Source: Heteronotia binoei (lineage: Eukaryota). From it: DNA of 64,000 nt. Below the pieces are notes generated by a model, which did not search any database, had not been told where the DNA came from, and worked only from the letters and a program-made list of their open reading frames with translations. Made by a program: the position numbers and the translations under genes. Shown here piece after piece: positions 25,283 through 37,190 of this stretch. The DNA lies in contig NC_083224.1 in the NCBI RefSeq assembly GCF_032191835.1, positions 160,456,001 through 160,520,000 of the forward strand. Direction: 5' to 3'. The first letter of the stretch is position 1. Every line of letters begins with the position of its first letter.

Positions 25283-25600
25283 CAGGAATCTTGTGTGGCA
25301 CCTTAAAGACTCACAGTTTTATTCTAGCATAAGCTTTCATGAACTAAAGCCAATTTCCTCAGTTCAATATGATTCCTCACTTGGCCATCGTTTTATAGAG
25401 GGTTATGAAAAAACAAACAGCATCATAGGAGCCATGAAATGTATTTTGGTTCACATCAGATCTAATTGAGAGAAATACAGAGGCCATTCACTTCTTATGC
25501 TAAGTTAGTGAACACCTCTTAGCCCTACATAAAAAGTATGGTGAGAAGCCACTCATTGCATCTGAAGAAGCTGTAGTGTAGAGTCAAAAAAAGCATGTGA
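25283..25600. mobile_element. Penelope-like element remnant with two oppositely oriented hammerhead-type pLTR motifs
   Basis: ggcaccttaaagactcac..ttttattctagcataagctttcatg matches the reptile PLE-derived repeat end as I recall it. The minus strand reads CTGAGGA-stem-GAAAGCTTA, and a decayed CTGAAGAAG copy lies at 25562. Confidence 0.6.
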
Positions 25601-25819
25601 GGGAATACAATTTTGTTCATCTTTAAGATTCCACTAGATACAGTCTGCTTGTACTATCACTCAGAAGTGCTCTGTGAATTAGGCCAGTATATTTGCATTG
25701 TACACCATAAGAGCTGGGATTTATATTCTTTCTTGAGCAGGTACCAAGGAAGAAAAGCAAGCAAGCAAAATAGTAATAAATATTTGGGGGTGATTTAATG
25801 TAATCATTTTTTTATTTAG

Positions 25820-25865
25820 TGCACCAATGCCGTATTTGATTGGCGTTCACTCCAGTTTAATAGAG
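25820..25865 (+). CDS. DENND1B: DENND1B internal coding exon, 46 nt, (C)APMPYLIGVHSSLIE
   Basis: Acceptor ttttttatttAG and donor GAG|GTGAGT. The first T completes the TG-T Cys codon from the previous exon. APMPYLIG is the hallmark DENN motif. Confidence 0.95.
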
Positions 25866-26638
25866 GTGAGTCAGTGCTTTTACCTTTGATTATTTATGCA
25901 TATTCAAATAATGAATCATTCTCCCATTACTTCTCCCCTTCTTGGTATGTGTTAAGACTTCTAAATGGTCAACAGAAGATGCCATAGAAATCCTGAAATA
26001 GCAGGATGAGAAGCCAGGAACCTTAGTACTGGAAATACAGGCAGCTCCAGATTCCCTTAACAGTCAACAAGATTCATTTTGGAATTCTCTATTTAAAAAA
26101 TAAATAAATAGCTAGAGGGCATTTGACAGCAATATTCAATATTCAGAGAACTTTATTGGCATATCTACAGTCAAAAGCAAATAAAGCATTATAACATAGC
26201 AATAAGGTCTAGGGAAGATTAAGTGCATTTAAAAGCAGTACTGTTGGAAATTTAAAAAATTCCTATGAAAATTGTCAGCATATAAAACATTGAGCCGAGG
26301 TAATTAGATCTAGGATTCCATTTGACAGCATCTAACCCTCTAGTTTGGGGGAGAGAGGAGCAGAAAGAATTAGGACGTAGGCTGGAAGACTTGTTTTTGC
26401 CGCATGTGCCTGCAATTGGTTTGAGAGGCTCAAGCCTTCAGTGCCTGGCCAGGAGTTGGTAAGTGCAAGGTGATGGACAACAGCATCTGTAAATGTAGGC
26501 TGCACCCACACCTATAGCAAGAAAGAGAGCCATGATAAATAACTAATGCAATATTGAATATTTTGGTTAATTTATCTAAAGCTCTGTATAAGCATATGAA
26601 AATTCACTATGTACTATAAGCAAGCAAAATTTACAAAT

Positions 26639-26919
26639 GGCAGAGAGTGGTAAGCTGCAGTACTGCAGTCCAAGCTCTGTTCATGACCTGAGTTCGATCC
26701 TGGCAGAAGCTGTGTTCAGGTAGCTGGCTCAAGGTTGACTCAGCCTTCTATCCTTCTGAGATTGGTAAAATGAATACCCAGCTTGCTGGGGGTAAAGTGT
26801 AGATGACTGGGATAGGCAATGGCAAACCACCCTGTAAAAAGCCTGCCAAGAAAACGTCATGATGCAACGTCACCCCAGAGTTGGAAATGACTGGTGCTTG
26901 CACAGGGGACTTCCTTTAC
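26639..26919 (+). mobile_element. Sauria SINE
   Basis: Colinear with the 3133-3423 copy (aagctgcagtactgcagtcc ... ggcaatggcaaaccacc ... gcttgcacaggggacttcctttac). Confidence 0.9.
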
Positions 26920-27289
26920 AGGCGCACAGTTATTTCTCTCAACAAAGTGGTTGTGCAAAAAGTCTCTGTGATGCTTCAAAGTCCATAATATGTCCAAAGT
27001 GTAGTAATTAGACATCCCAATACACTGACATGGATTGCCAACATATTTAGTGTGTTTCAGTCATCTTCCTCATGTTGGAGGGGTAAAAGACAGTCCACTG
27101 TCGATATCATAGACCATTCACAATCCTTAACAATCACAATGCCCTTCCAGTGGAGAAAAGTCTCACCCACACCTAGTCTGCTGTTTCCTCCATTGACAAC
27201 AGTAGAGACTGAGGAAAGTACCACACTGGGGAAACTTTCGAAATTTGTTTTTCCCAAGTTGTGCCCACAGGACAGAATAGATGGCAATG

Positions 27290-27905
27290 TCTGTGCGGCA
27301 CACATTCAGCCAGTGCTACACCAACTGCGCTGGCTGCCAATTGAGTACCAGATCCGGTGCAAAGTTATGGTACTGACCTTTAAAGCCCTATGCAGCCAGG
27401 GACCAGTGTACTTACAGGATTGTCTTTCCCTGTATGTGCCCAGGGGAGCCTTGCACTCTGCAGTTCAACATCTGGATCCCTGGCCTGAAAGATTTCTGCT
27501 TAGCCTCAACCAGGGGCAGGACTTTTTCTGCCCTGGCCCCAGCCTGGTGGAACATTCTCCCACCTGAGATCAGGGCCCTGTGGAACTTGTTACAGTTCCT
27601 CTGGGCCTGTAAATTGGAGCTGTTCCTCCAGGCCTTTGGCTGAAGCAGCGGACATTCAATCATCTTGACGTCCTCTGCAGTCCATAATGCCTACTGCAGG
27701 ATATTAGTTATCTAATAAACATCCTGCAGGAGGCATAATGGACTGCCTTAGAGTTGTTATCTTTATCTTATTTGCCACCCTGTTTGATTGTTTTAAATCT
27801 GGTTTTTATGATTATATGTCTATAGTTATTTTTATGAGTTGTGAGCCAACCCTAAGCCAACTTATGGGATAGGGCAGGACATAAGTTTAATAGATACATA
27901 AATAG
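27290..27905 (+). mobile_element. L2 LINE 3' end
   Basis: Encodes HIQPVLHQLRWLPIEYQIRCKVMVLTFKAL (L2 ORF2 C-terminus). The 3'UTR ends gttgtgagcc..ccctaagcc..gggatagggcagg..ataa, followed by an ATAG-type tail. Confidence 0.88.
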
Positions 27906-28332
27906 ATAGATTGGCCCGGAGGAATAATCTACTCCAGATAGCCTGATGCAATGGCACATCATAGGTGTTCTTCCCTGTTACCGCAATAGACAGGTTAAGG
28001 AGAGCATTGATATAGCTTGGTTGCATTGGGAAATTTTAATGCCACAATGCCACTCCCACTAACACAATATCTGATGCATGAGTAGATGGAGCCAAGTTTT
28101 GTCTCACTTGCTGTGAAGGAGGTCTGGAAGCCTCAGGTGGCGCTATTTTGCTGGTACAATGTTGCAATCATGCCAATGAGGCAGAGGTGCTATGATAGTC
28201 CAGTGAAAAATTTGTTCTGTGAAAAATGGCTCATAATCTTTGCTTAATCCCAAAGTCTTGTGCATTTTATTGTATTAAATTAAGAATGTGACATCTTAAA
28301 ATGCCTATAATTGGTTTTGTTTTCTTGTCTAG

Positions 28333-28434
28333 AGAGTGAAAAGTAAATCACTGGAAGATACGGTGATGCTAAATGTTGACACAAACACTTTGGAAACACC
28401 ATTTAATGACCTGAGCAGCCTACCAAGTGAAGTG
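28333..28434 (+). CDS. DENND1B: DENND1B internal coding exon, 102 nt, [34 protein letters not shown]
   Basis: Acceptor ttttcttgtctAG and donor GTG|GTAAGC, 34 codons in phase 0. RVKxKSLED is closer to DENND1B than to DENND1A as I recall the two sequences. Confidence 0.95.
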
Positions 28435-30469
28435 GTAAGCCTGAGAGGTTTCATCAGATGGTTTTCATCCTCTTAGCTGCTTGAATTACGAACATTTTGC
28501 CTGCTTTTACTAGCCTGAAATGAAAGGAATAACAAAACAAAAAAAAAGTGCCACCAGCTGCAGACCTTATATTTGAGGGTTTTTTTAAAACTGTTTTTGA
28601 CAGTTGAGGACATGTTGAATGGAGCATCATACTTCTTATTGTAAAAAAGGGATCATAATTATAAAGCTAGCTGCATTCATTAGGCAAGGCTGCTTTAAAC
28701 GCAAGAGTCTCTTCATCTCATCTTAATCATTATATTACAAAGTAGGCATTTCTGTCTGCCTAGTGGCATATCTTGCAAAAAAAAAAAGAGTTTTTGAAGG
28801 CAAAAAGAAGAAGGGGGCCAATTATCGGCTTCTGGTTCCCTGCCACCTGCCAGCACATCTCCTTTTAATTAATGATCTGATGACACTGGTCAATATAATA
28901 AGAAATGCTTGTACAGTTGGGGTCAAAAAATTCACACTTTGATCTTCTTCAACTTTCTGAAACATTTATTTGTTTTCTCTAAATTATTTCAGTTTTATTT
29001 TAATCTCTTCTATCCTGCTGAGGACTGCATGAATTGAAAACCCTACTCTGTTTGTCATTTGGTTTGGCAGAGCAAAGACTGCTTACTTAGAAAATTCTAT
29101 TTGTAAATTAAACTGCAAACCCAGTTTGTCATAAAAGACATAGGATCCTTTTGAAAATGAGGAAAACTGTCTTTTGTCTGTAAAGGAAGATGAATTAAGT
29201 GCCAGTTCCTCTTGGACTTTGATCTTACAGAGTTTTTTTTCCCCTGCTGCTTATAATGGAACATATTCCACATTTCATGTTAAATAGATACACAAAAATA
29301 GCATTTATTTTACCTGGCTGTTGTGCAACGTGGTTCTGAAGAAAACGCTCCTTAGTTTACCATATTTTTTGTGTTAAGAGTTCTAGACAGAATGCAATAG
29401 AGACGGCTGTTACCTATATAGATATTAAGACATATTCCAGATTGAGGGTGATATATTGCACTGTTACTAAAACAAGTAAGTATATTTTAATGTATTATTA
29501 AAACAAATATATCAAAGCAGTATGACAGTGAAGCTGCCATAATAATATAATTTAAATGCACCCGTCATTAAGCTTCATTTATTAAGGTGCTTTTCCAATC
29601 ATACACTTTTTCAGATATTTAAACTGAACCAGAATCAAATAAAAAAAATGACACTTTATTCAATTGTCATGTGAAAGACACAGAAATCTGTAATCTTATT
29701 ACTGATTGCGCTGTTAAATTTAGTGATTTCTGTTGTAAAAACCAGCCTGCCCAAAATTCTACTGCCAAAAAAAATTGTCCAACAAAATACAATAGATTAA
29801 CAAATTAGAGTTATCCTCTGATTGGTTAACACATATATATTACCCATGTATTTAGGATAAATGGTCATTTTTCTTGGTTTAGAGAAAGATGCCATGTAAA
29901 TTACCAGTAATGAAATAAACTAATTATATCCCAGAGCTACAATCCTGTAGCTAGAAAGCTTGTGCTGAGTACTAAATGCCCAGGGATTTCTCCTCTGTGA
30001 ACAGGACAGTGCTCTCTGTGTACACAATGTGCATTCCCTATTGCATGAAATTTTATCCACATAATCCAGCACTCCTTGTGCACACTGATTGGGCAGAACT
30101 GTCCAGAGGGGTTTGTGTAAATGTCTGTGAGATAATGAAATAATCAGAATGGCTTTACTTGACTTTACAGTTTCCTGTATTGAAGCATGTAAATAGCCAG
30201 AATTGGAACTTGTTAATTGAGGAAATAACCTCTCCAAATACTGTTTAATCCGGATAATACATGAAGAGGCTCATAATTATTATGAATAGTGGTGGTGGTA
30301 GTAGTAACTAAGTTTTAGTACCATTATTCTTACATCCCATTTTTTGCAACTAAAGTATATTAGTGAGAATATTTAAAATATATTATTTAAATAGGCTGGA
30401 TTAAATATAGAAATTTGACTCAAACACTCTTGGGGATGCCAGTGAACATACAGATCTTCTGTGTAGTCA

Positions 30470-30689
30470 GGGGCGGGACGATGGCTCAGTGGTAGAGCAT
30501 CTGCTTGGTAAGCAAAAGGTCCCAGGTTCAATCCCCAGCATCTCTAACTAAAAAGGGTCCAGGCAAATAGGCATGAAAAACCTCATCTTAAGACCCTGGA
30601 GAGCCGCTGCCAGTCTGAGTAGACAATACTGACTTTGATGGACCGAGGGTCTGATTCAGTTTAAGGCAGCTTCATATGTTCATATGTTC
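30470..30689 (+). mobile_element. Squam3-like tRNA-derived SINE
   Basis: ggggcgggacgatggctcagtggtagagcatctgcttggtaagcaaaaggtcccaggttcaatcccc ... ggcagcttcatatgttcatatgttc. Confidence 0.9.
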
Positions 30690-33600
30690 TTTTGGTCTGT
30701 GTCCTGGACTTCTGTGGATGGCGTCTTCCCAAAATTGAGGCAAATAATTAGTGAAAACATACCTCCATCTTCCTGGATTAATAGGTACAATGATATGTAA
30801 GCCTCATAAATATTAATTAAAATTTCATATTTTCACTGAGTAGATCCATTGAGTTTTTGCAATAAATAAATAAATGCCTCATTCCCTATAAAATATGTAA
30901 CGTAATTTGGAAAATAACTCATTTATACTTCAGATTCCCCACCCCAATGCTGAAACAAAGTTTGTTTTGTTACTGGATGCCTGACTGTCCTTATCTGTTT
31001 CATGCTGACTTGAACATGAAGTTGTTTTTCTTGTGGAGCTAATTTGTTAATTAAAAACACATACAAGTGTAGACTGAGAGTAAGTCACTATATAGCCACT
31101 TTACAGGTTTTAGTTAATAAACAAAGGGCAACATTGTATCACAAAGTAGGACACATAGTTGTGCATATGTTGATATTAATGTTTACAGTGTTTTGCAATG
31201 ATATTCTCACAGTACTTTTTAAACATTAAATAATGATGTAAATATTTGCACAATGATTTTAATATGCTGTGCATGTATACTTTTTCTATATAATGTCTCA
31301 GTGATGGTGAACTTTTTTGTTTACAGATGAACTAAAGTGACAGGAAACAGGTCTTAAAAATTAATTCAGTCTTAAAGACGAGCTGTGTTTGCTCTCTGGA
31401 AGATCTGTGATAAAATCTTCTCTGAAACCAGTAAGGAGACTATATCACATTTCTACTGTTAGATTGTTAAACAGTTGCACAGTTATCTTCACAGCTCTAT
31501 TTAATATGGTAACGTCTCATTTACTATGAACAGCTTTTCATTTTAAAGGAAAGTTATCAGATGAAATCTGAAAAACATTACTGTTTGGCATTGTGTCTAA
31601 TCAAATGTTTAATAAATTACCTGAGACTTAACAGGCCTTTTTAAATTATCCACCAAAGCGATTAAATTATACTTACAGGCTAGATGACTTTCTATGCATG
31701 TGAACTCTATTAGTTTGTCAGATTGACCAGTGGTCTTGACTGTTCAAAGGTCAGTGGTCACAGTTGTCCTGCATTACCTGTCCTTTTTTCATGTGGACCC
31801 TCTGCTGCGTTGTGTGCTGTAATCTTCTTAATGGCTTCATTCCAATATTCACACATAATATTTTAGATTTATTGACTGTTAGTAATACTACCATGCCAGT
31901 AGCAGTTCCGCTGCTCCTAAGGTATTCAAAATTGGAAAAATAAATCAATGTATGCCTTTTCAGGAATCCTTTGTTTCTCTTTAGGGAGGAAAAGGCCCTA
32001 TTCCTGTCTTCTGCCAAGAATACTTGGGTTTTGTAGTTCATCATTTCACTATGGATTTGTCTCACACTTTAGAGATATAAATCCCCTAAATAAATAGCAG
32101 ATTCATTAGGAACAGTGTTTTTTTTTGGGGGGGGGTTAAGTGGGGAGGAAGCCTCCACTACCAACCTGTCAGATCTGCCACTTTGGCAACTGCTGTCACT
32201 GCTGTCAGATAACTGGACAAATGGTGAAGGTGCATGGCTGCGTAGAGAGAGGATGGGGAAGGCAGTGGGCGGGCGGGCAGAATGGTGGGGATGGGTTGGC
32301 TAGTGAAATCCCCACATTGATTTTGTGGGTCCCCTCTTTGAGTATTGGTATTGTTTCTGCACCATAAGCATAATGCTGTGCCTTCTTACATTGTTCCCAG
32401 CACAGTAATTAGTATATACCACCAAAGAATTTTTTAGATTAGCTTTATAAGATAAAGTCTAATAAATGTTTTAGTTAATTCAAAAATTATATGCACTGAA
32501 CCGTTGATTGGATTTACTGATATGATAATTTTGTGAAAATTACACTATTGAGGCATAGTGTGTCTTTGAGCTAGTTCAATTCTCTCTTTATGTCTATTGC
32601 ATTTATATCTTGCTTTTGTTGTTAGGGAAATTGCTATGGATGGGGGAATTAGCAGGAGATTTCTTGGCAGAGCATAGGAGCAGATCTTTTACCTATGATA
32701 CAGAGGTGCAGTTTTCATGAAGGATGCTCCAAACTAAATATAGTTTAAAATAAAAATGTTTACTTAGAATATATATAAAAACACAAATACAATCACACAT
32801 AAACAAGGTAAATAATTCATACAACTATCACACACAAGCAATCAAACATTCATCTAGGAAATGAGGAATAGAAGGTCTTAGGGATATTTGCAGAGGTAGA
32901 GGTGATATGACCTGATCCATGGATCCTTTGAAGCAGACGGCATGGAGGTGGAGAGTGGCCCAGAGTTTGGGGGTGCAAGTCTCTGGTAGGGTAAAACAAG
33001 ACACCCTGAACTGCTATGTGCTTGGCCTTATATTACCTGATTTGTGCCCTCGGGTTGAGGTCATGTGGTCTGTGACAAGGTCAGCTGACCTGTGACACTG
33101 CAGTGATGTCAGAACATGTGACTGCTGATGCCACCCCAAAGAGTCAGACAGGGGGAGGCTCCCAGATTAGTGGGCCTGGATGGGCCTGCCTATTGAAAAA
33201 CTACCCTAAACAAAGAAAAGAATTTGGTCAATTTAGAGCCAGATTGCTATCTCATTGTAACACCAGAGCAAACACAATGGGGAATATCTACATGACAAGA
33301 TTATGTCCTGGCTGGTGATCTTCTTTCTAGGCATTGTCCTTGTGTCTTCAGTGGCTGGCAGGAACTGGCTTTGTCATGTGCGGGCATTGCAGCAAGCTCT
33401 ATTGTCCAACTGCTGGCTCTTCACATTTGCATCTGCATTGACCCATCCAGCGTGTTGTCTGTGCAGGCCCAAGATGGAGTCTGGATTTCCCCATCAGCAT
33501 GGCTTCTGGTTAAGGGCTGCTCTTAGATGCTGTCTTCCTTGCACAGGAATGCAGTGCCATTCTGCATACCTTGGCAGCTCCTTAGGGTAGCCTGATCTGA

Positions 33601-33813
33601 AATCCTTCCATGCAGGAGGAATGCATAGTTACAGCACTGGCAGAAACAAGCAGGGAGGCCTCTTAGCCAAGCTGTAATGTTTGCTGCTTGGCCCCACAGA
33701 GTAAAATGTCCATGTTGAAGCTGGCACAGTTGCCAAATTCTTCCTGTATCTCTGACACTAGACCAGAGTTCTCAGTCCATAAATTGTGCCAAAAAGGGGG
33801 TTCAGGGAGTCTA

Positions 33814-34990
33814 TCTTCTCTCATTGCTGCTATTGCTGGAGCCACAGTACAATACATTTCAACACGGATCAATGCATGCTAGAATATCTGCTTCCGGCTT
33901 TTGGGGGGGTTGAAAGAGAGTGTGCGTTCTATCTATTTAGTTGCTGCACAGTTTAATTTTTTTTTACATTATTTTGCACTAAAAGCTTATTTACACAAGT
34001 TATTGTGTGAGAGAGTGAATTCAACCGATGAGGCTTTTTCCGTTTTGTATTTTACAAAGTACATCAGGTCTCTGTGTTGTTATATTACAAGTTCTCTCAA
34101 GGCTGTTCTGCTCAAGAGCAGTTCTGGGAGAGCTCTCTCAGCCCCACCTACCTCACAGGGTGTCTGTTGTGGGGAGGGGAAGGGAAAGCAGATTTGTAAG
34201 TCTGGGAGAATAGGGTTTGATTCCCCACTCCTCCACATACACCTGCTGATGTGACCTGGGTCAACCACAAGTTCTCTCAAAATGGAAAAAGCCTCACCGG
34301 TTGAATTCACTCTCTCACACAATAACATGTGTAAATAAACTTTTAGTGCAAAATCAGGTAAAAAGTGAAACTATGCAGCAACTAAATAGATACACTCTTT
34401 CAGCTCCCCCCCCCCCCAAAAAAAACCCAGTCCTATCAATGTCTCAAGTTACTGAGGCGTTGCCTTCAGCAGCTTCCTGAAGACCAAAACTTAGGTGGAG
34501 TTAGAGGCTTCATTCTATTACACTTCTCTCAAAGAGAACAAAAGACCGTATTTCCTGGATTCGTTATGGTTTCGCAGTTCTTAACCCTTCATCAGTCTTC
34601 TCTCATTGCTGCTATTGCTGGAGCCACAGTGCAATACATTTCAACACGGATCAGTGTATGCTAGAATATCTGCTTCTGGCTTTTTTTTTGGGGGGGGGGG
34701 GTTGAAAGAGAGTGTGTGTTCTATCTATCTAGTTGCTGCACGGTTTAACTTTTTTACATGATTTTGCACTAAAAGCTTATTTACACACGTTATTGTGTGA
34801 GAGAGTGAATTCAACCAGTGAGGCTTTTTCCGTTTTGTATTTTACAAAGTACACCGGGTCTGTGTGTTGTTATATTACAAGTTCTCTCAAGGCTGTTCTG
34901 CTCAAGAGCAGTTCTGGGAGAGCTCTCTCAGTCCCACCTACCTCACAGGGTGTCTGTTGTGGGGAGGGGAAGGGAAAGGAGATTTGTAAG
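33814..34990. repeat. Local complex duplication: direct copy A (33814-34200), inverted partial copy (34279-34425), direct copy B (34596-34990)
   Basis: Aligned by eye. A and B are colinear with scattered substitutions. 34279-34425 is the reverse complement of about 33897-34048. Confidence 0.9.
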
Positions 34991-35119
34991 CTGCCTTGAG
35001 ACTCCTTTGGCTAGCAAAGGTTGGGGTATAAATCCAGTTTCTTCTCTTCTTCTACATACCTTCTATCCATTCCTTGGGATTCATTTGCTGCATTTTCAAT
35101 ACAGCACCTCAGTCTAGAT

Positions 35120-35478
35120 TAGGGTTCTCAACATTGTTGAGCCTGTAGACACTTCTGGAATTTTAAGAACAAATCATGAGTGCTGCAATAAAATGGCTGC
35201 CATGGGGGATGGGTCCAGTCTCAGAGTGTTGCAAGGTTCCAATCCAAACGTCGTCCTATGTGGGAGGCAGCTGTTTCTAAAAGGGCATTCCCTGTAGGCA
35301 CAAAGATAATGCGTTCTGGTGTCTTCAGTTGCATCTCCTTACTCCAGTAATGTGGAGGAAAGACAGGACTGGCACTTTACTATGGTGATGAACTACACTG
35401 CATAAGAAGTGAGTGGGTGCCAGAAAACTCATCAGTGAGGCACCATGATGTCCATGGATGACATGTTGGAGGGCACTA
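35120..35478. mobile_element. Old hAT-like MITE
   Basis: Ends tagggttctcaac and gttggagggcacta. Flanks gtctagat and gtctaaag (6/8) resemble a Charlie-type TSD. Confidence 0.45.
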
Positions 35479-35727
35479 GTCTAAAGGGTGGGTGACTGTG
35501 GCTTGGTCTCGGCCACTGAAGAGTCATTAACTCTGTCCCAGCTGGTTTAATGGAGAAAGTCATTTTTTTAAAAAATAAAAACACTCCTGATTATCTTTGT
35601 CTCCTGGGACTCCAGGATCAGCACCCCTGCACCATACTGCACACCTCTTTTTTTAGGGAACTGTGTGACCCCTTCAGGGAGTCCCAACACTTTTTATTGA
35701 CATGATAAAGTGGAAGAGAAGAGAATG

Positions 35728-35790
35728 ATCATAGAATCAAAGAGTTGGAAGGGATCTCTAGGGTCATCTAGTCCAACCCTTGCACAGATT
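35728..35790 (-). mobile_element. CR1 extreme 3' end fragment
   Basis: atcatagaatcaaagagttggaagggatctctagggtcatctagtccaaccc is the reverse complement of the CR1 3' terminus with its (ATTCTATG)n tail. Confidence 0.8.
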
Positions 35791-36242
35791 CTCAGAGGAT
35801 AACATAGATCCCCAGAAGATGGCCAGGCAGATTGATAAAGGCGGAAGCAGTTCTTCAGGTACTACAGAAAAACCAAAGGCCTACAACAAATTGCATGGGG
35901 GGGGCGAAGGTAAAAGATTCACCCCCACCCCATCACCATCCTCTTCTCCAGGACTCGTATGAGTTTCTGAGGGAAGAAGGCCACTCCCCTCACATAGTTT
36001 AAATCAGTCAGTGTCACCATTCTCTGCCTCCTGAAACGTATGATCAGGCTTGGGAGAGGAAGGGAAGTAAATCTTTTGGTTGATTTACAAAATAGTGTTT
36101 TTTTACACATGTGGGGAAAATACAGATACCTTGTACTATTCTGTAGGTTGCCCAGTTTTGCTAATATTGTGATTGGCACAAAGGACATGGTTTACCATCT
36201 GTATACTATTAGCATGTGTGCCCACAAGCTGTGGATAGTTAA

Positions 36243-37131
36243 ATCATAGAATCATAGAGTTGGAAAGGACTTCCAGAGTCATCTAGTCCAAACCCTAGAC
36301 AATGCAGAAAATTCACAAATACCTCCTCCTAAATTCACAGGATCTTCATTGCTGTCTGGTGGCCATCTAGCCTCTGTTTAAAAGCCTCCAAGGAAGGAGA
36401 GCTCACCACCTCCTGAGGAAGCCTGTTCCACTGAGAAACCGCTGTGTCAGGAAGTTCTTCCTAATGTTGAACTGGAAACTCTTTTGATTTAATTTCAACC
36501 AGTTGGTTCTGTTCCTACCTTCTGGGGCCACAGAAAACAATTCTGCACCATTCTCTATATGACAGCCCTTCAAGTAGTTGAAAATGGTGATCATATCACC
36601 TCTCAGTCGCCTCTTCTCCAGGCTAAATACGCCCAGCTCCTTCAACCTTTCTTCATGTGACTTGGTTTCCAGACCCCTCATCATCTTCATTTCCCTTCTC
36701 TGGACCCATTCCAGCTTGTCTGTATCCTTCTTAAACTGTGGTGCCCAAAACTGAACACAATATTCTAGGTGAGGTCTAACCAGAACATAGTGATACCATC
36801 ACATCACATGATCTGGACACTATACTTCTGTTGATACAGTCCAAAATTGAATTTGCCTTTTTAGCCACTGCATCACACTGCTGATTCATGTTTAGTGTAC
36901 GGTCCACTAAGACTCCTAGATCCTTTTTACACATACTACTGCCAATACAAGTATCCCCCACCCTATAATTACACATTTGATTTTTCCTACCTAAATGCAG
37001 AACTTTACATTTATCCCTCTTAAAATTCATTTTATTTGTTTTAGCACAGTTTTCCAACTTGTGAAGATCATCCTGTATCCTGACTCTGTCTTCTACTGTA
37101 TTTGCGACCCCTCCCAATTTAGTATCGTCTA
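36243..37131 (-). mobile_element. CR1 LINE, 5'-truncated, 3' ~0.9 kb
   Basis: Tail atcatagaatcatagag. Minus frames give RVRIQDDLHKLENCAKTNKMNFKRDKCKVLHLGRKN, LGVLVDRTLNMNQQCDAVAKKANSILDCI and [21 protein letters not shown]. Confidence 0.95.
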
Positions 37132-37190
37132 CAATTTAGTATCATCTCATATAAGCTGCTTTTAGTCCCCATTGGGAAGAAAGGCAAGAT

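Noticed and set aside
30470-30545. tRNA-like sequence (also at 13820-13894 and 55610-55681)
   Set aside because: These are SINE heads continuing directly into SINE body and tail, with no proper acceptor stem, so they are not tRNA genes.
32860-33800. Possible solo LTRs (also 42690-43100 and 54340-54700)
   Set aside because: GC-richer, repeat-like composition, but no TG...CA termini with TSD, PBS or PPT could be identified.
34560-34602. Minus-strand CTGATGA...GAAAC as a hammerhead ribozyme
   Set aside because: Stem II is poor and no stem III or NUH cleavage triplet can be formed after GAAA.
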